Under the pieces are notes generated by a model. It was not told the origin of the DNA, made no database searches, and worked only from the letters and a program-made list of their open reading frames with translations. Shown here piece after piece: positions 61,338 to 64,000 of a stretch of 64,000 nt of DNA. The DNA comes from Clostridiales bacterium (lineage in GTDB: Bacteria > Bacillota > Clostridia > Saccharofermentanales > Saccharofermentanaceae). The position numbers and the translations under genes were made by a program. How positions within the stretch are numbered: the stretch's first letter is position 1; every line of letters begins with the position of its first letter. The stretch is taken from the NCBI GenBank assembly GCA_017617995.1, contig JAFZVE010000072.1:31997-95996 (forward strand), given 5' to 3'.

Positions 61338-62951
61338 TTACAGCATCGGCGTGTCGTTGTACTGCTTTCTGTCGCACTTGTTGACGTGGATGAAGACGTT
61401 GTGCAGGAGGTTGACGCTCGTCAGGATGACTTCGCCCTGATTGAGCTTACGGACATGCTTCATCGCATAATCGTCGAGGTGGTTCTCGACAGCGTGGATC
61501 TCGTCGTTAAGCATGAGACGGTGGATCAACATCGTACCGACCTGTCCGAAAAGCACTGGAGACACGTCTTTCGGATTCTGTGTCGTCAGGTAGAGGAACA
61601 CACCCTTACGACGGCCTTCTCTGGCGATCAGCGTCAGACCACCATGGAATTCTCTCTCGGAATATCTGGACTTCGCGTATCTGTGGACCTCATCGATGAA
61701 GAATACGAAGGGGTAAGTATCCTGCTGCGCCATAACGAAATTACTCAACAGGTCGATAACCATGCCGCCGACACCTTCCGCCGCACCGAGTGCAGATGTA
61801 TCGATGTACAGACTCTCCTCCGGACGGTGAACGAAATCATCCACAACATCGAGGAGATTATTCATACTCGGGTCATTGGAGAAGAACGTCAGGAATCGAG
61901 TGTTCGTCATCTGATACTGGATCTTCTTAACAAAAGAAGCATTGGCGTTCGCCTTCAGCGCATCGTAACGGAAACGGAAGTTATAGTCATTATCACGATC
62001 CGGCTCGCAGACTGCCTCCGCCTGGATCTGCTCCGGCAGAAGCTCGATATTGAAGTCGGTATCTTCATTGGAAACAGAAGCGAGATTCTCCTGAACTTCG
62101 TCGATATTCGCACCGACCTTATAGTAGTAGGAATCGTCGCCGATCTTCTTCATGAAGCGAAGCGAAGTAATCGCCTCTGCCAGAACCGCGCCCTGGCCGC
62201 TGTTCTCCGCCTCGAAAAGTTTCTCCCACTGTTCCATCGTGATCTTACTCGGAGAGATCGTCGTATCGATACCCAGAGTCAGCTTCATGACCTCATCGTC
62301 AGAAAACGCGTGGCGGTACTCACCGGTCGGATCGATGATCAGTGCCTTTCTTCTGGTACGGATCAATTTATCGAGGATCGCGAGCGCCGTAGTAGACTTA
62401 CCACTGTTCGTCGCACCGATACACATCAGGTGACGGTTAAAGAGCGTACTCGGCTTGAGTGACACCGAAGCCTGCGCGGAACGGTTAAGATATGTCGCGA
62501 ATGACGGGAGCGGCTGCTCGTCGTCCTGAGAGAACTCGAGCGACTGGATGAACAGCTGATAAGTAACATCCGGAGCAATGTAGACTTTATCGGTGATACC
62601 GAGCGTCTTAAATCCCGCAAGCTGGAAACGGTTGGAGTTCGGAGTCAGAACCGCGAGAGTATCGATGCAGATCTCGTGATAGCCCTGCGCCTTCCCATCG
62701 GCCTGCTCGGAGACATTCTTTCTTGAAGACTTATTCTCGAAAACCTCTCCGAGGAACACACCTACGGTCGATTCGACCAGTACGAAGTAGTTGATGGTGT
62801 TCGGGAGAAATGAACTGCTGAAATTGCTTCTGTTCGTCATCGCTTCGACGTTTTCGATCTGTGCGATACAGCTGCTTCGATAAACCTGCGTTACTTTTCC
62901 CAGATAATAGTCTTGGATGTTCAGCCCTTCAAATAGAGATTCGAGTGTCAT
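61338..62951 (-). CDS. HerA/FtsK-like (DUF87-type) ATPase
   Basis: Walker A IGATNSGKST, Walker B VFFIDEVHRY and the C-terminal LTTQNPKDVSPVLFGQVGTMLIHRL are present. An N-terminal barrel-like region and a GGAGG RBS are also present. Confidence 0.8.
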   Translation of the reverse strand: MTLESLFEGLNIQDYYLGKVTQVYRSSCIAQIENVEAMTNRSNFSSSFLPNTINYFVLVESTVGVFLGEVFENKSSRKNVSEQADGKAQGYHEICIDTLAVLTPNSNRFQLAGFKTLGITDKVYIAPDVTYQLFIQSLEFSQDDEQPLPSFATYLNRSAQASVSLKPSTLFNRHLMCIGATNSGKSTTALAILDKLIRTRRKALIIDPTGEYRHAFSDDEVMKLTLGIDTTISPSKITMEQWEKLFEAENSGQGAVLAEAITSLRFMKKIGDDSYYYKVGANIDEVQENLASVSNEDTDFNIELLPEQIQAEAVCEPDRDNDYNFRFRYDALKANANASFVKKIQYQMTNTRFLTFFSNDPSMNNLLDVVDDFVHRPEESLYIDTSALGAAEGVGGMVIDLLSNFVMAQQDTYPFVFFIDEVHRYAKSRYSEREFHGGLTLIAREGRRKGVFLYLTTQNPKDVSPVLFGQVGTMLIHRLMLNDEIHAVENHLDDYAMKHVRKLNQGEVILTSVNLLHNVFIHVNKCDRKQYNDTPML

Positions 62952-63053
62952 TATTTGCCTCCCGAGTTGTGAAAGAATTAAGTCGTGTCCGAGACGGACC
63001 TCTTATCATTATACCTAAATCTTATGAAATATGCTACTTATGAAATATGTTAC

Positions 63054-64000
63054 TTATGCTTTCTTACGAAAAATCAAAGTAATCTTCGTTCCCAGTCCGG
63101 GCTCACTCTCCATCGTCACCTTCGCCCCGTGGTGCTGGGCGCCGTGTTTGACGATCGAAAGGCCGAGGCCCGTGCCGCCGATCTCTTTCGAGTGGCTCTT
63201 ATCCACACGGTAGAAGCGCTCAAACACGCGCTTCTGGTGCTCCGGTGGGATACCGATTCCCGTATCCGCGACACTCAGGAAGACCTCGTCTCCCTTCGAA
63301 GAAACATCGACAGTGACCTTACCGCCGGGGGTATTGTATTTGACCGCGTTGTCGCAGAGATTATAGACCATCTCGTTGATGAGCTGGTACACACCCGGAA
63401 CCGTGTTCGGGCTTCCCGTCAGTTTCAGCGTGATCCCCTGCTTCGAGGCAACCGGCCTAAGTCCGTCGAGCACATCTGCGGAGAGCGCATAAAGATCGAC
63501 ATTCTCCCACTCCGGTTCCACCGCATCCTCATCGAGGCGCGACAGCTTGATGATGTCATCCACGAGCGCGATGAGGCGCTGGGATTCCTTATAGATATCG
63601 CGCGAAAACTCCTGCACCTTATCTCCGGAAACGACACCCTCGGACATCAGCTCCGCAAAACCGGAGATCGACGTCAGCGGCGTCTTCAGCTCGTGCGAGA
63701 CATTCGCCGAGAATTCCCGCCTCATCTGTTCTCGTCCGGCGACCTCTTCCTGGATCGTGATCTTCTGCTCCTCGATCTTCTCGATCAGAGGCTTCAGTTC
63801 CGGATACTTGTTCGTCTCCGGGTGGTCCAGATCGATATCGTTTATAGGATTTACGATCTGCTTCGCGATACGGAAGGACAGCACGCCCGAGATGACCACG
63901 ACGAGGACCAGTACCCATACGAAAGGTCTTACCGCGAGGAATCCTTCGCGCACGGCACTGATCGGCCGGCTCAGACGGATCACGGAGCCGTCCTTACACT
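63054..64000 (-). CDS. sensor histidine kinase (PhoR/WalK-like), 5' end beyond window
   Basis: H-box SHELKTPLTSISGFAELM and ATPase boxes (NAVKYNTPGG, DTGIGIP, GGTGLGLSIV). The frame remains open upstream of the track start (GTG 63983) to position 64000. Confidence 0.85.
   Translation of the reverse strand, partial: CKDGSVIRLSRPISAVREGFLAVRPFVWVLVLVVVISGVLSFRIAKQIVNPINDIDLDHPETNKYPELKPLIEKIEEQKITIQEEVAGREQMRREFSANVSHELKTPLTSISGFAELMSEGVVSGDKVQEFSRDIYKESQRLIALVDDIIKLSRLDEDAVEPEWENVDLYALSADVLDGLRPVASKQGITLKLTGSPNTVPGVYQLINEMVYNLCDNAVKYNTPGGKVTVDVSSKGDEVFLSVADTGIGIPPEHQKRVFERFYRVDKSHSKEIGGTGLGLSIVKHGAQHHGAKVTMESEPGLGTKITLIFRKKA

Noticed and set aside
2122-61557. Interpreting AAAAGCACT copies as catabolite-responsive (cre) or other LacI/CcpA-type operators, because some copies sit in near-palindromes such as GAAAAGTGCTTTTC (23326-23339)
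   Set aside because: The cre consensus needs a central CG (TGWAANCGNTNWCA), which these sites lack. Most copies are not palindromic, and most lie inside coding sequences in varied frames. That placement is not expected for operator sites.

Overview
This is a 64-kb, gene-dense segment with about 52 protein genes, roughly four fifths of them on the minus strand. It is moderately GC-rich by eye and looks chromosomal and Firmicutes/Clostridia-like. The evidence for that is GGAGG-type ribosome-binding sites, Gram-positive lipoprotein signal peptides, a SpoVK/CbbX-type AAA+ protein, a BlaI/BlaR1-type pair and a B. subtilis-type ThyA.

Gene content by region:
- 1-11.4 kb: an oligosaccharide/hexuronate utilisation locus (eda, LplABC-type ABC importer, SASA-type esterase, YesL, uxuA, uxuB, GntR regulator) with a shared candidate operator.
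- 11.5-21.4 kb: housekeeping and redox genes (SGNH hydrolase, TetR, flavoproteins, LUD protein, thyA) plus a MoxR AAA+/VWA-metallopeptidase pair.
- 21.6-26.4 kb: a BlaI / BlaR1-like / lipoprotein module.
- 27-33 kb: a zinc-ribbon protein, a CPBP protease, a hydrolase and an SPFH+RHH pair.
- 32.8-38.7 kb: a four-gene cluster of AAA+-alphaCTD fusion, pseudo-kinase, HisKA_3 kinase and LuxR regulator.
- 39-49 kb: an alkaline-phosphatase-family protein, an SNF2 helicase, a DnaQ-like exonuclease, lipoproteins and a decayed response regulator.
- 49.8-64 kb: an SPFH/zinc-ribbon pair, a hybrid kinase, XRE plus a stand-alone ABC-type ATPase, a large HExxH lipoprotein, a solo HerA-like ATPase and a partial kinase.

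I recognised no rRNA, tRNA, CRISPR/cas, transposase, integrase or phage structural genes.

The features that ordinary annotation does not explain are:
1. The DNA word AAAWGCACT is strongly over-represented. It is scattered through genes in all frames and through spacers.
2. Four intergenic arrays of phased hairpin repeats belong to three unrelated sequence families. All lie at gene 3' ends (26.6 kb, 40.4 kb, 49.4 kb, 61 kb).
3. The BlaR1-like sensor has an extracellular domain paralogous to the neighbouring lipoprotein, and both genes sit behind near-identical operator-bearing promoters.
4. A long structured leader or small-RNA candidate lies upstream of the AAA+-alphaCTD gene.

All calls rest on reading the sequence and the supplied ORF translations. 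No database search was run.
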